Sequence record: KX452698
Length of the DNA: 64,000 bases
Source: Shigella phage KNP5
Reading direction: 5' to 3' (one strand)
The translations under genes and the position numbers were made by a program. Positions 46,432-58,374 of this stretch are shown here, in pieces. A model generated the notes under the pieces. That model saw only the letters and a list, made by a program, of their open reading frames with translations. It did no database searches and was not told the DNA's origin. Each line of letters starts with the position of its first letter. Position 1 is the stretch's first letter.

Positions 46432-47022
46432 ATGCTCTTTACATTTTTTGATCCGATTGAATATGCGGCCAAAACGGTGAATAAAAACGCGCCGACTATT
46501 CCTATGACAGATATTTTTAGAAACTATAAAGACTATTTCAAACGTGCTCTTGCGGGATACCGCTTACGTACTTATTATATTAAAGGTTCACCACGCCCGG
46601 AAGAATTAGCAAATGCTATATATGGAAATCCGCAGTTGTATTGGGTTTTATTGATGTGTAATGATAATTATGATCCGTATTATGGATGGATTACTTCGCA
46701 AGAAGCTGCTTATCAAGCATCTATACAAAAATACAAAAACGTAGGTGGAGACCAAATAGTATATCATGTGAATGAAAACGGTGAAAAATTTTATAATTTA
46801 ATATCATACGATGATAATCCATATGTTTGGTATGACAAAGGTGATAAAGCTAGAAAATATCCTCAATATGAAGGAGCACTTGCTGCGGTCGATACGTATG
46901 AAGCTGCTGTTCTTGAAAATGAAAAACTTCGTCAAATAAAAATAATAGCAAAATCAGACATCAATTCATTTATGAACGACCTTATACGTATAATGGAGAA
47001 ATCTTATGGAAATGATAAGTAA
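46432..47022 (+). CDS. 53: Baseplate wedge protein gp53 (196 aa)
   Basis: GGAGGG RBS; length and position match T4 gp53. Confidence 0.9.
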   Translation: MLFTFFDPIEYAAKTVNKNAPTIPMTDIFRNYKDYFKRALAGYRLRTYYIKGSPRPEELANAIYGNPQLYWVLLMCNDNYDPYYGWITSQEAAYQASIQKYKNVGGDQIVYHVNENGEKFYNLISYDDNPYVWYDKGDKARKYPQYEGALAAVDTYEAAVLENEKLRQIKIIAKSDINSFMNDLIRIMEKSYGNDK

Positions 47023-48733
47023 TAACCTTAATTGGTTTGTTGGTGTTGTTGAAGATAGAATGGACCCATTAAAATTAGGTCGTGTTCGTGTTCGTGTGGT
47101 TGGTCTGCATCCACCTCAAAGAGCACAAGGCGACGTAATGGGTATTCCAACTGATAAATTACCATGGATGTCAGTTATTCAACCTATAACTTCTGCAGCA
47201 ATGTCTGGAATTGGAGGCTCCGTTACTGGTCCAGTAGAAGGAACTAGAGTTTATGGTCATTTTTTAGACAAATGGAAAACTAACGGAATTGTCCTTGGCA
47301 CGTATGGTGGAATAGTTCGCGAAAAGCCTAATAGACTTGAAGGATTTTCTGACCCAACTGGACAGTATCCTAGACGTCTAGGAAATGATACTAACGTATT
47401 AAACCAAGGCGGAGAAGTAGGATATGATTCGTCTTCTAATATTATTCAAGATAGCAATCTAGACACTGCGATAAATCCTGATGATAGACCGCTATCAGAG
47501 ATTCCAACTGATGATAATCCAAATATGTCAATGGCTGAAATGCTTCGCCGTGATGAAGGATTAAGACTAAAAGTTTATTGGGATACCGAAGGATATCCGA
47601 CAATTGGTATTGGTCATCTTATCATGAAGCATCCAGTTCGTGATATGACTCAAATTAATAAAGTTTTATCAAAACAAGTTGGTCGTGAAATTACCGGAAA
47701 TCCGGGTTCTATTACAATGGAAGAAGCGGTAACTTTATTTGAACGTGATTTGGCTGATATGCAACGTGACATTAAATCACATTCTAAAGTTGGCCCAGTT
47801 TGGCAAGCAGTTAATCGTTCTCGTCAAATGGCATTAGAAAATATGGCATTTCAGATGGGCGTTGGCGGTGTAGCTAAATTTAACACAATGTTAACTGCTA
47901 TGTTAGCCGGAGATTGGGAAAAAGCATATAAAGCTGGTCGTGATTCATTGTGGTATCAACAAACAAAAGGCCGTGCATCCCGTGTTACCATGATTATTCT
48001 TACCGGGAATTTAGAATCATACGGTATTGAAGTGAAAACACCGACTAGGTCTTTGTCAGCAATGGCTGCTACTGTAGCAAAGTCTTCTGATCCAGCTGAT
48101 CCTCCTATTCCGAATGATTCGAGAATTTTATTTAAAGAACCTGTTTCTTCATATAAAGGTGAATATCCATATGTTCACACAATGGAAACTGAAAGCGGTC
48201 ATATTCAGGAATTTGATGATACTCCTGGGCAAGAACGATACAGATTAGTTCATCCGACTGGAACGTATGAGGAAGTATCACCGTCAGGAAGAAGAACAAG
48301 AAAAACTGTTGATAATTTGTATGATATAACAAATGCTGATGGTAATTTTTTGGTAGCTGGCGATAAAAAGACTAACGTCGGTGGATCAGAAATTTATTAC
48401 AACATGGATAATCGTCTCCACCAAATAGATGGAAGCAATACAATATTTGTGCGTGGCGATGAAACTAAGACGGTTGAAGGTAATGGAACTATCCTAGTAA
48501 AAGGTAATGTTACTATTGTAGTTGAAGGTAATGCTGACATTACAGTTAAAGGAGATGCTACCACTTTAGTTGAAGGAAATCAGACTAATACAGTAAATGG
48601 AAATCTTTCTTGGAAAGTTGCTGGGACAGTTGATTGGGACGTTGGTGGTGATTGGACGGAAAAAATGGCATCTATGAGTTCTATTTCATCTGGTCAATAC
48701 ACAATTGATGGATCGAGGATTGACATTGGCTAA
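47006..48733 (+). CDS. 5: Baseplate hub/cell-puncturing protein with lysozyme domain gp5 (575 aa)
   Basis: N-terminal OB domain, central lysozyme domain (MAEMLRRDEGLRLKVYWDTEGYPTIGIGHL), C-terminal VxGxxxxx beta-helix repeats. Confidence 0.95.
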   Translation: MEMISNNLNWFVGVVEDRMDPLKLGRVRVRVVGLHPPQRAQGDVMGIPTDKLPWMSVIQPITSAAMSGIGGSVTGPVEGTRVYGHFLDKWKTNGIVLGTYGGIVREKPNRLEGFSDPTGQYPRRLGNDTNVLNQGGEVGYDSSSNIIQDSNLDTAINPDDRPLSEIPTDDNPNMSMAEMLRRDEGLRLKVYWDTEGYPTIGIGHLIMKHPVRDMTQINKVLSKQVGREITGNPGSITMEEAVTLFERDLADMQRDIKSHSKVGPVWQAVNRSRQMALENMAFQMGVGGVAKFNTMLTAMLAGDWEKAYKAGRDSLWYQQTKGRASRVTMIILTGNLESYGIEVKTPTRSLSAMAATVAKSSDPADPPIPNDSRILFKEPVSSYKGEYPYVHTMETESGHIQEFDDTPGQERYRLVHPTGTYEEVSPSGRRTRKTVDNLYDITNADGNFLVAGDKKTNVGGSEIYYNMDNRLHQIDGSNTIFVRGDETKTVEGNGTILVKGNVTIVVEGNADITVKGDATTLVEGNQTNTVNGNLSWKVAGTVDWDVGGDWTEKMASMSSISSGQYTIDGSRIDIG

Positions 48734-49262
48734 TATACTTCCAATGAGCGCTGATTTAGGAGAATCCATGGAAGGTTCTTCTATCGACGTCACCTTTACC
48801 GCTCAATTAGAAACAGGTGAAACGTTAGTATCTATAAATATAACTAGTTACGAAGAAACTCCTGGGGTTTTAGTAGAAGAAAATCGTTTATATGGAACGT
48901 ATGAATCTGTATTTGGATTTGGAAATGATGCGTTGAAATATCGTTTAGATAATGAATTTAAAACTGCTGCTTCATGGGAAGACCTTCCAACTGATTCTAA
49001 TACTCAGTTATATTTATGGAAAGCTCCTCAGAACCTCCAGAAGACATTCACTTACGAAGTAACATTAATATATGACTACCAAGAACAAAGTGAATCTGGA
49101 GGTTCTGGCAGTAATTCTAGGTCATCTTCTGATACCACTGAACCAACGAATCCTCCAGCTCCAATAAGAAAAACTCTCGTTAAAAATTACACAAAAACTA
49201 TAGTTGGAAATTGGAGTCGTTGGGCTAATAAACTGAGAAGCTACGTGTATGAGAGGCCATAA
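48708..49262 (+). CDS. Hypothetical protein 5.1 (about 184 aa; start uncertain)
   Basis: Plus-strand ORF between genes 5 and 5.4; Ser/Gly-rich linker. Confidence 0.55.
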
Positions 49263-49556
49263 ATGTCAGGATTAAGTTATGATAAGTGTGTTACTGCTGG
49301 CCATGAAGCGTGGCCTCCAACAGTCGTGAATGCTACACAAAGTAAAGTATTCACTGGAGGAATTGCTGTTCTCGTAGCAGGTGATCCAATTACAGAACAT
49401 ACAGAAATTAAAAAGCCATATGAAACACATGGCGGAGTGACACAACCTAGAACTTCTAAGGTATATGTCACTGGAAAGAAAGCTGTTCAAATGGCTGATC
49501 CAATATCATGCGGTGATACAGTGGCTCAGGCATCATCTAAAGTATTCATTAAATAG
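49263..49556 (+). CDS. 5.4: PAAR-repeat spike-tip protein gp5.4 (97 aa)
   Basis: PAAR-like motifs with conserved His/Cys metal ligands; same length as T4 gp5.4. Confidence 0.85.
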
Positions 49557-49564
49557 GATTTAAA

Positions 49565-51547
49565 ATGGCAAATACCCCTGTAAATTATCAATTAACAAGA
49601 ACAGCAAATGCTATTCCCGAGATATTCGTCGGGGGTACATTTGCTGAAATAAAACAAAACCTCATTGAATGGCTTAATGGTCAAAATGAATTTTTGGATT
49701 ATGATTTTGAAGGCTCAAGATTAAACGTTCTGTGCGACCTTTTGGCTTATAATACATTATACATTCAGCAGTTTGGTAATGCTGCCTTGTACGAAAGCTT
49801 TATGCGTACTGCTAATTTGCGTAGTTCAGTAGTTCAAGCTGCACAAGATAATGGATATTTACCTACTTCAAAATCAGCTGCTCAAACTGAAATTATGCTA
49901 ACTTGTACAGATGCATTGAATAGAAATTACATTACTATTCCTCGCGGTACTCGCTTTTTAGCATATGCAAAAGATACTTCCGTTAATCCTTACAACTTTG
50001 TATCTACCGAAGATGTTATTGCTATTCGCGATAAAAATAACCAATATTTTCCACGTTTAAAATTAGCCCAGGGGCGTATAGTAAGAACTGAAATCATTTA
50101 TGATAAATTAACACCTATTATCATTTATGACAAAAATATAGATAGAAACCAAGTTAAACTATACGTTGATGGAGCAGAATGGATTAACTGGACAAGAAAG
50201 TCAATGGTTCATGCTGGTTCTACATCGACAATTTACTACATGCGTGAAACTATTGATGGGAATACCGAATTTTATTTTGGTGAAGGTGAGATTTCTGTTA
50301 ATGCCGCAGAAGGAGCATTAACCGCTAATTATATTGGAGGTCTTAAACCTACCCAGAACTCTACGATTGTTATTGAGTACATCAGTACTAACGGCGCAGA
50401 TGCGAATGGCGCAGTCGGATTTTCATATGCAGATACATTAACAAATATAACTGTCATCAACATTAATGAAAATCCAAACGATGACCCAGATTTTGTTGGG
50501 GCAGATGGCGGCGGTGATCCAGAAGATATTGAACGTATTCGTGAATTGGGTACTATTAAACGCGAGACCCAGCAACGCTGCGTAACTGCGACGGATTATG
50601 ATACATTCGTTTCAGAGAGATTTGGTTCTATTATTCAAGCAGTTCAGACTTTCACTGATTCTACTAAACCTGGTTATGCATTTATTGCTGCTAAACCTAA
50701 ATCAGGGCTATATTTAACTACTGTACAGCGCGAAGATATTAAAAATTATCTCAAAGACTATAATTTAGCTCCTATTACACCGTCAATTATTTCTCCTAAT
50801 TATCTTTTTATTAAGACTAATTTAAAAGTCACATATGCTTTAAATAAGCTGCAAGAATCCGAACAGTGGCTCGAAGGTCAAATAATTGATAAAATTGATC
50901 GTTATTATACCGAAGATGTAGAAATTTTTAACTCATCTTTCGCTAAATCTAAGATGTTGACATATGTAGATGATGCAGACCATTCTATCATTGGTTCATC
51001 AGCGACAATTCAAATTGTTCGTGAAGTACAAAACTTCTATAAAACGCCTGAAGCAGGTATTAAATACAATAATCAAATAAAAGATCGTTCTATGGAATCT
51101 AATACGTTTTCATTTAATTCCGGACGAAAGGTTGTAAATCCTGACACTGGTTTAGAAGAAGATGTATTATATGACGTTCGCATAGTATCAACAGACCGAG
51201 ATTCTAAAGGAATTGGTAAAGTTATTATTGGTCCATTTGCTTCTGGCGATGTTACAGAAAATGAAAACATTCAGCCATATTCAGGCAACGATTTTAACAA
51301 ATTAGCAAATTCTGATGGACGCGACAAATACTATGTTATCGGTGAAATAAATTATCCAGCTGATGTGATTTATTGGAATATCGCTAAAATTAATTTAACA
51401 TCTGAAAAATTTGAAGTTCAGACTATTGAATTATATTCTGATCCAACCGATGATGTTATCTTTACTCGCGATGGTTCACTGATTGTATTTGAAAATGACT
51501 TACGTCCACAATACTTAACTATCGATTTGGAGCCTATATCACAATGA
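49565..51547 (+). CDS. 6: Baseplate wedge protein gp6 (660 aa)
   Basis: Length and order match T4 gp6. Confidence 0.9.
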   Translation: MANTPVNYQLTRTANAIPEIFVGGTFAEIKQNLIEWLNGQNEFLDYDFEGSRLNVLCDLLAYNTLYIQQFGNAALYESFMRTANLRSSVVQAAQDNGYLPTSKSAAQTEIMLTCTDALNRNYITIPRGTRFLAYAKDTSVNPYNFVSTEDVIAIRDKNNQYFPRLKLAQGRIVRTEIIYDKLTPIIIYDKNIDRNQVKLYVDGAEWINWTRKSMVHAGSTSTIYYMRETIDGNTEFYFGEGEISVNAAEGALTANYIGGLKPTQNSTIVIEYISTNGADANGAVGFSYADTLTNITVININENPNDDPDFVGADGGGDPEDIERIRELGTIKRETQQRCVTATDYDTFVSERFGSIIQAVQTFTDSTKPGYAFIAAKPKSGLYLTTVQREDIKNYLKDYNLAPITPSIISPNYLFIKTNLKVTYALNKLQESEQWLEGQIIDKIDRYYTEDVEIFNSSFAKSKMLTYVDDADHSIIGSSATIQIVREVQNFYKTPEAGIKYNNQIKDRSMESNTFSFNSGRKVVNPDTGLEEDVLYDVRIVSTDRDSKGIGKVIIGPFASGDVTENENIQPYSGNDFNKLANSDGRDKYYVIGEINYPADVIYWNIAKINLTSEKFEVQTIELYSDPTDDVIFTRDGSLIVFENDLRPQYLTIDLEPISQ

Positions 51548-54500
51548 CAGTAAAAGCACCTTCAGTCACTAGTCTCAGAATTTCCAAGTTATCCGCAAAT
51601 CAGGTGCAAGTACGCTGGGATGACGTTGGTGCTAATTTCTACTATTTTGTAGAAATCGCTGAGACAAAAACAAACTCGGGGGAAAATCTCCCGAGTAATC
51701 AATACAGATGGATTAACTTAGGATATACTGCAAATAACAGCTTCTTTTTTGATGATGCTGACCCGTTGACATCATACGTTATTAGAGTAGCTACAGCTGC
51801 ACAAGATTTTGAGCAGTCTGATTGGATTTATACCGAAGAGTTTGAAACTTTTGCTACAAATGCTTATACATTTCAAAACATGATTAAAATGCAATTAGCC
51901 AATAAATTCATTCAGGAAAAATTTACTCTTAATAATTCTGATTATGTTAATTTTAACAATGACACTATAATGGCTGCATTGATGAATGAATCATTCCAAT
52001 TCAGCCCATCATATGTTGACGTTTCATCAATAAGTAATTTTATTATTGGTGAAAATGAGTATCATGAAATACAGGGTTCTATTCAGCAAGTATGTAAGGA
52101 TATTAACCGAGTTTATTTGATGGAATCAGAAGGGGTTCTATATCTTTTTGAGCGCTATCAGCCTGTAGTTAAAGTATCCAATGATAAAGGACAAACCTGG
52201 AAAGCTGTAAAGCTCTTCAATGACCGCGTAGGATATCCTTTATCTAAGACGGTATATTACCAATCTGCAAACACAACATACGTTCTAGGATACGACAAGA
52301 TTTTCTATGGCCGCAAATCTACTGATGTTAGATGGTCAGCCGATGATGTCAGATTTAGTTCTCAGGATATAACATTCGCTAAACTTGGCGACCAATTGCA
52401 TTTAGGATTTGATGTAGAAATTTTTGCCACTTACGCGACTTTACCGGCGAATGTATACCGCATTGCAGAAGCTATTACTTGCACCGATGATTACATTTAC
52501 GTTGTTGCCAGAGACAAAGTTAGATACATAAAAACAAGTAATGCACCTATAGATTCTGATCCATTATCTCCAACATATTCGGAAAGGCTTTTTGAACCTG
52601 ATACAATGACTATAACTGGAAATCCTAAAGCAGTATGCTATAAAATGGATTCTATCGGTGATAAAGTTTTTGCTCTTATTATTGGTGAAGTTGAAACATT
52701 AAATGCTAATCCTAGAACATCAAAAATAATTGATTCTGCTGATAAAGGAATATATGTTTTAAATCATGACACAAAAACGTGGAAAAGAGTTTTTGGCAAT
52801 ACTGAAGAAGAAAGAAGACGTATTCAACCGGGGTATGCGAATATGTCAACTGATGGTAAATTAGTTTCTCTATCATCGAGTAATTTTAAATTTTTAAGTG
52901 ATAACGTTGTTAATGACCCTGAAACTGCAGCAAAATATCAGTTAATCGGTGCTGTTAAATATGAATTTCCTCGTGAATGGTTAGCTGATAAGCATTATCA
53001 TATGATGGCATTTATAGCAGATGAAAAGTCTGATTGGGAAACTTTTACGCCTCAGCCGATGAAATACTATGCAGAACCATTCTTTAACTGGTCTAAAAAA
53101 TCTAACACACGGTGTTGGATAAACAACTCTGATAGAGCTGTAGTAGTTTATGCTGATTTAAAATACACTAAAGTTATTGAAAATTTTCCAGAAACATCTC
53201 CAGATAGATTAGTTCATGAATACTGGGATGACGGCGATTGCACTATAGTAATGCCAAATGTTAAATTCACTGGATTTAAAAAATATGCATCTGGGATGCT
53301 TTTCTATAAATCCTCCGGTGAAATAATTTCTTACTATGATTTTAACTATCGTGTTAGAGACACTGTCGAAATTATTTGGAAGCCAACTGGAGTATTTTTA
53401 AAGGCATTTTTACAAAACCAAGAACATGAAACTCCTTGGTCGCCTGAAGAAGAGCGTGGATTAGCTGACCCTGATTTAAGACCATTAATTGGCACAATGA
53501 TGCCTGATTCTTATTTGTTGCAGGATTCGAATTTTGAGGCATTTTGCGAAGCATATATTCAGTATCTTTCTGATGGATATGGAACTCAGTATAACAATTT
53601 ACGAAATTTAATTCGTAACAAATATCCACGAGAAGAGCATGCGTGGGAGTATTTGTGGTCAGAGATATATAAAAGAAACATTTATTTAAATGCTGACAAA
53701 CGTGATGCTGTTGCAAGATTTTTCGAATCACGTAGCTATGATTTTTATTCTACTAAAGGAATTGAAGCATCATACAAATTTCTTTTTAAAGTTCTTTATA
53801 ATGAAGAGGTTGAAATTGAAATTGAATCTGGGGCTGGTACTGAATATGATATAATCGTTCAATCTGATTCTTTGACCGAAGACTTAGTAGGACAAACGAT
53901 TTATACAGCTACAGGAAGATGTAATGTTACTTATATAGAAAGAAGCTATTCTAATGGTAAATTGCAATGGACCGTAACTATTCATAATCTTTTGGGAAGA
54001 TTGATTGCCGGTCAAGAAGTTAAAGCAGAAAGACTTCCGAGTTTTGAAGGCGAAATTATTCGTGGGGTTAAAGGAAAGGATTTGCTTCAAAATAATATAG
54101 ACTATATTAATAGAAGTCGATCATATTATGTAATGAAAATTAAATCCAATTTGCCTTCTTCCCGCTGGAAATCTGACGTTATTCGTTTTGTTCATCCAGT
54201 AGGATTTGGATTTATAGCAATTACCCTTTTAACGATGTTTATTAATGTTGGTTTAACTCTTAAACACACAGAGACTATAATTAATAAATACAAAAACTAT
54301 AAATGGGATTCTGGATTGCCTACTGAATATGCTGATAGAGTAGCTAAATTGACTCCGACTGGTGAAATTGAGCATGATTCGGTAACAGGCGAAGCAATTT
54401 ATGAACCTGGCCCAATGGCTGGCGTAGAATATCCTCTTCCTGATGACTATAATGCTGAAAATAACAATTCAATATTTCAAGGTCAATTGCCGTCTGAACG

Positions 54501-54642
54501 ACGCAAATTAATGAGTCCTCTATTTGACGCATCTGGAACAACATTTGCGCAATTTAGAGATTTAGTTAATAAACGTCTAAAAGATAATATAGGAAATCCA
54601 AGAGACCCTGAAAATCCAACACAGGTTAAAATAGATGAATGA
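51544..54642 (+). CDS. 7: Baseplate wedge protein gp7 (1032 aa)
   Basis: Length and order match T4 gp7; ATGA overlap with gene 6. Confidence 0.9.
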   Translation: MTVKAPSVTSLRISKLSANQVQVRWDDVGANFYYFVEIAETKTNSGENLPSNQYRWINLGYTANNSFFFDDADPLTSYVIRVATAAQDFEQSDWIYTEEFETFATNAYTFQNMIKMQLANKFIQEKFTLNNSDYVNFNNDTIMAALMNESFQFSPSYVDVSSISNFIIGENEYHEIQGSIQQVCKDINRVYLMESEGVLYLFERYQPVVKVSNDKGQTWKAVKLFNDRVGYPLSKTVYYQSANTTYVLGYDKIFYGRKSTDVRWSADDVRFSSQDITFAKLGDQLHLGFDVEIFATYATLPANVYRIAEAITCTDDYIYVVARDKVRYIKTSNAPIDSDPLSPTYSERLFEPDTMTITGNPKAVCYKMDSIGDKVFALIIGEVETLNANPRTSKIIDSADKGIYVLNHDTKTWKRVFGNTEEERRRIQPGYANMSTDGKLVSLSSSNFKFLSDNVVNDPETAAKYQLIGAVKYEFPREWLADKHYHMMAFIADEKSDWETFTPQPMKYYAEPFFNWSKKSNTRCWINNSDRAVVVYADLKYTKVIENFPETSPDRLVHEYWDDGDCTIVMPNVKFTGFKKYASGMLFYKSSGEIISYYDFNYRVRDTVEIIWKPTGVFLKAFLQNQEHETPWSPEEERGLADPDLRPLIGTMMPDSYLLQDSNFEAFCEAYIQYLSDGYGTQYNNLRNLIRNKYPREEHAWEYLWSEIYKRNIYLNADKRDAVARFFESRSYDFYSTKGIEASYKFLFKVLYNEEVEIEIESGAGTEYDIIVQSDSLTEDLVGQTIYTATGRCNVTYIERSYSNGKLQWTVTIHNLLGRLIAGQEVKAERLPSFEGEIIRGVKGKDLLQNNIDYINRSRSYYVMKIKSNLPSSRWKSDVIRFVHPVGFGFIAITLLTMFINVGLTLKHTETIINKYKNYKWDSGLPTEYADRVAKLTPTGEIEHDSVTGEAIYEPGPMAGVEYPLPDDYNAENNNSIFQGQLPSERRKLMSPLFDASGTTFAQFRDLVNKRLKDNIGNPRDPENPTQVKIDE

Positions 54643-55639
54643 TTCAAGTGTTATCTATCGTGCGATAGTTACTTCAAAATTTAGAACAGAAAAAATGCTG
54701 AATTTTTATAATTCAATTGGAAGTGGTCCGGATAAAAACACTATCTTTATCACATTTGGAAGATCAGAACCGTGGTCATCAAATGAAAATGAGGTGGGCT
54801 TTGCTCCACCTTATCCAACTGATTCTGTATTGGGTGTAACTGACATGTGGACTCATATGATGGGAACTGTAAAGGTTCTTCCATCTATGCTTGATGCAGT
54901 TATTCCTCGTAGAGATTGGGGAGATACTAGATATCCGGATCCATACACATTTAGAATTAACGATATTGTAGTGTGTAACTCAGCTCCTTACAATGCTACT
55001 GAATCAGGCGCAGGCTGGTTAGTATATCGTTGTTTAGATGTTCCTGATACCGGAACGTGTTCAATAGCATCTTTAACTAATAAGGATGAATGTCTTAAGT
55101 TAGGTGGAAAATGGACTCCTTCTGTTAGGTCAATGACTCCTCCTGAAGGTCGAGGAGACGCTGAAGGAACAATCGAACCCGGCGACGGTTATGTTTGGGA
55201 ATATCTTTTTGAGATTCCGCCTGATGTATCTATAAATAGATGCACGAATGAATATATCGTAGTTCCTTGGCCTGAGGAATTAAAAGAAGACCCGGCTAGA
55301 TGGGGGTATGAAGATAATCTCACTTGGCAACAAGATGATTTTGGATTAATTTACCGTGTTAAGGCAAATACTATCCGTTTTAAAGCATATTTAGATTCAG
55401 TTTACTTTCCTGATGCTGCATTACCGGGAAATAAAGGATTTAGACAAATATCAATAATCACCAATCCTCTTGAAGCTAAAGTTCATCCAAATGACCCAAA
55501 CGTTAAAGCTGAAAAGGATTATTATGATCCGGAAGATTTAATGAGGCATTCGGGCGAAATGATTTATATGGAAAATAGGCCACCTATTATCATGGCAATG
55601 GATCAAACAGAAGAAATCAATATTCTGTTTACATTTTAA
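54635..55639 (+). CDS. 8: Baseplate wedge protein gp8 (334 aa)
   Basis: Length and order match T4 gp8. Confidence 0.9.
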   Translation: MNDSSVIYRAIVTSKFRTEKMLNFYNSIGSGPDKNTIFITFGRSEPWSSNENEVGFAPPYPTDSVLGVTDMWTHMMGTVKVLPSMLDAVIPRRDWGDTRYPDPYTFRINDIVVCNSAPYNATESGAGWLVYRCLDVPDTGTCSIASLTNKDECLKLGGKWTPSVRSMTPPEGRGDAEGTIEPGDGYVWEYLFEIPPDVSINRCTNEYIVVPWPEELKEDPARWGYEDNLTWQQDDFGLIYRVKANTIRFKAYLDSVYFPDAALPGNKGFRQISIITNPLEAKVHPNDPNVKAEKDYYDPEDLMRHSGEMIYMENRPPIIMAMDQTEEINILFTF

Positions 55640-55644
55640 CTTAA

Positions 55645-55662
55645 GGGAGCCCATGGGCTCCC
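55645..55662 (+). terminator. Intrinsic terminator 3' of gene 8
   Basis: GGGAGCCC-AUGGGCUCCC palindrome followed by UUUUUCUU. Confidence 0.6.
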
Positions 55663-55670
55663 TTTTTCTT

Positions 55671-55678
55671 TATAAATA
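55671..55678 (+). promoter_or_regulatory. Late promoter (TATAAATA) for gene 9
   Basis: Exact TATAAATA 25 nt before gene 9 ATG. Confidence 0.55.
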
Positions 55679-55702
55679 CTATAAACTCATAAGGAAACCG
55701 CT

Positions 55703-56569
55703 ATGTTCATTCAAGAACCAAAGAAATTGATTGATACCGGCGAAATTGGTAACGCTTCTACTGGTGATATCTTATTCGACGGTGGTAATAAAATTAATAG
55801 TGATTTTAACGCAATTTATAATGCGTTTGGCGATCAGCGTAAAATGGCAGTAGCAAATGGCACTGGAGCAGATGGCCAAATTATTCATGCTACTGGATAT
55901 TATCAAAAACACTCTATTGCAGAGTACGCAACTCCAGTAAAAGTTGGCACTAGGCATGATATTGATACCTCTACTGTAGGTGTTAAAGTTATCATTGAAA
56001 GAGGCGAACTTGGTGACTGCGTTGAATTTATTAACTCAAATGGATCTATATCAGTTACTAATCCTTTAACGATTCAAGCGATTGATTCAATAAAAGGTGT
56101 TTCAGGTAATTTAGTAGTAACTAGTCCATATAGTAAAGTAACTTTACGCTGTATTTCATCTGATAATTCTACGTCTGTTTGGAATTATTCTATTGAAAGT
56201 ATGTTTGGACAAAAGGAATCACCAGCTGAAGGTACATGGAATATTTCTACATCCGGGTCAGTTGATATTCCACTATTTCATCGTACTGAATACAATATGG
56301 CTAAATTGCTAGTTACATGCCAATCGGTAGATGGAAGAAAAATTAAAACAGCAGAAATAAATATTCTTGTAGATACTGTTAATTCAGAGGTAATTTCTTC
56401 TGAATATGCTGTCATGCGGGTTGGAAATGAAACCGAAGAAGACGAAATCGCTAATATTGCATTTAGTATTAAAACAAATTATGTAACAGCGACTGTAAGT
56501 TCTTCTATTGTTGGCATGAGAGCGGCAGTTAAAGTTATCGCTACGCAGAAAATCGGGGTGGCTCAATAA
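55703..56569 (+). CDS. 9: Baseplate protein gp9, long-tail-fibre socket (288 aa)
   Basis: Length and order match T4 gp9. Confidence 0.9.
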   Translation: MFIQEPKKLIDTGEIGNASTGDILFDGGNKINSDFNAIYNAFGDQRKMAVANGTGADGQIIHATGYYQKHSIAEYATPVKVGTRHDIDTSTVGVKVIIERGELGDCVEFINSNGSISVTNPLTIQAIDSIKGVSGNLVVTSPYSKVTLRCISSDNSTSVWNYSIESMFGQKESPAEGTWNISTSGSVDIPLFHRTEYNMAKLLVTCQSVDGRKIKTAEINILVDTVNSEVISSEYAVMRVGNETEEDEIANIAFSIKTNYVTATVSSSIVGMRAAVKVIATQKIGVAQ

Positions 56570-58374
56570 TGAAACAAAATATTAATATCGGTAATGTTGT
56601 AGATGATGGTACCGGTGACTACCTGCGTAAAGGTGGTATAAAAATAAATGAAAACTTTGATGAGCTTTATTATGAACTCGGTGATGGTGATGTTCCATAT
56701 TCAGCCGGTGCCTGGAAAACTTATAACGCTTCATCTGGGCAAACATTAACAGCAGAATGGGGAAAATCATACGCTATTAATACTTCGTCTGGGAGAGTAA
56801 CACTACAACTTCCTAAAGGAACTGTTAATGATTACAACAAGGTAATTAGAGCTAGAGACGTATTCGCTACATGGAACATCAATCCAGTTACGCTAGTAGC
56901 TGCTTCTGGTGATACGATTAAAGGATCGTCATCATCTGTTGAAATTAATATTCAATTTAGTGATTTGGAGCTAGTTTATTGTGCTCCAGGACGTTGGGAA
57001 TATGTCAAAAATAAGCAAATTGACAAAATTACCAGTTCAGACATTAGTAATGTAGCTCGTAAAGAATTTTTAGTTGAAGTTCAAGGACAAACTGACTTTT
57101 TAGATATTTTCCATGGAACTAGTTATAATGTCAATAACATCAGAGTAAAACATCGTGGTAACGAATTGTATTACGGCGATGTATTTAGCGAAAACAGTGA
57201 CTTTGGTTCTCCAGGGGAAAATGAAGGAGAATTAATTCCTCTCGATGGATTTAATATTAGGCTAAGACAGCCTTGTAATATTGGTGATACTGTTCAAATT
57301 GAAACATTTATGGATGGTGTATCACAATGGAGAAGTTCATATACAAGACGCCAAATAAAAGTACTAGATTCAAAACTAACATCAAAGACTTCTTTAGAAG
57401 GAAGCATTTATGTTACTGATTTATCGGCGATGAAATCAATTCCATTCTCCGCATTTGGATTAATTCCTGGCGAACCCATTAATCCTAATTCTCTTGAGGT
57501 TCGTTTTAATGGAATTTTACAGCAGCAGGCTGGAACAGCTGGATATCCTCTGTTTTTGTGTGAAGGTGCTAATTCAGATACGCAAGAAGGATGTATATCT
57601 CTTGGTGGCGAATGGAAAGAATCAAACACCGATTATTCTATAGAATATGAAGACGGAAAACCTATCAGTCTTTTATTTGATAGAAAATTTGAATCCGGTG
57701 ACATTATCGTTATAACATGGTTCAATAATGATTTAGGAACTCTTTTAGAAAAAGATGACATCATTGAATTGACTGATGACCGTTATGTTAGTAAAGGATC
57801 ATCTACTGAAGTTACTGGTGATGTGGCCTTAACAGATTTTGATAAAATCGGTTGGCCAAATGTTGAAAAAGTTGATTCTTATACTAGAACGTATAATTCA
57901 ATATCATCTATTTTCGACAGCATTTATCCTGTTGGTTCAATTTATGAAAATGCTATAAACCCAAATAATCCGGTGACTTATATGGGATTTGGTTCATGGA
58001 AATTATTTGGTAAAGGACAAGTTTTAGTAGGATGGAATGATGATGTTACGGATCCAAACTTTGCTTTAAACAATAATGATTTAGATTCTAGCGGAAATCC
58101 TTCACATACGGCAGGTGGAACGGTTGGAACAACATCAGTAACGCTTGAAAACGCAAATCTTCCTGCAACTAAAACCGACGAAAGAGTTTTAATTGAAGAC
58201 GAAAATGGATCGGTTATTATTGGAGGTTGCCAATATGACCCAGATGAAACTGGTCCTATATATACAAAATATCGTGAAGATTACGCAACAACAAACTCTT
58301 CACATACTCCTCCTGCTAATATTAGTAATATTCAACCGTCTATTACTGTATACCGTTGGATAAGGATTGCATAA
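56569..58374 (+). CDS. 10: Baseplate wedge protein gp10 (601 aa)
   Basis: Length (T4 about 602) and order. Confidence 0.9.
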   Translation: MKQNINIGNVVDDGTGDYLRKGGIKINENFDELYYELGDGDVPYSAGAWKTYNASSGQTLTAEWGKSYAINTSSGRVTLQLPKGTVNDYNKVIRARDVFATWNINPVTLVAASGDTIKGSSSSVEINIQFSDLELVYCAPGRWEYVKNKQIDKITSSDISNVARKEFLVEVQGQTDFLDIFHGTSYNVNNIRVKHRGNELYYGDVFSENSDFGSPGENEGELIPLDGFNIRLRQPCNIGDTVQIETFMDGVSQWRSSYTRRQIKVLDSKLTSKTSLEGSIYVTDLSAMKSIPFSAFGLIPGEPINPNSLEVRFNGILQQQAGTAGYPLFLCEGANSDTQEGCISLGGEWKESNTDYSIEYEDGKPISLLFDRKFESGDIIVITWFNNDLGTLLEKDDIIELTDDRYVSKGSSTEVTGDVALTDFDKIGWPNVEKVDSYTRTYNSISSIFDSIYPVGSIYENAINPNNPVTYMGFGSWKLFGKGQVLVGWNDDVTDPNFALNNNDLDSSGNPSHTAGGTVGTTSVTLENANLPATKTDERVLIEDENGSVIIGGCQYDPDETGPIYTKYREDYATTNSSHTPPANISNIQPSITVYRWIRIA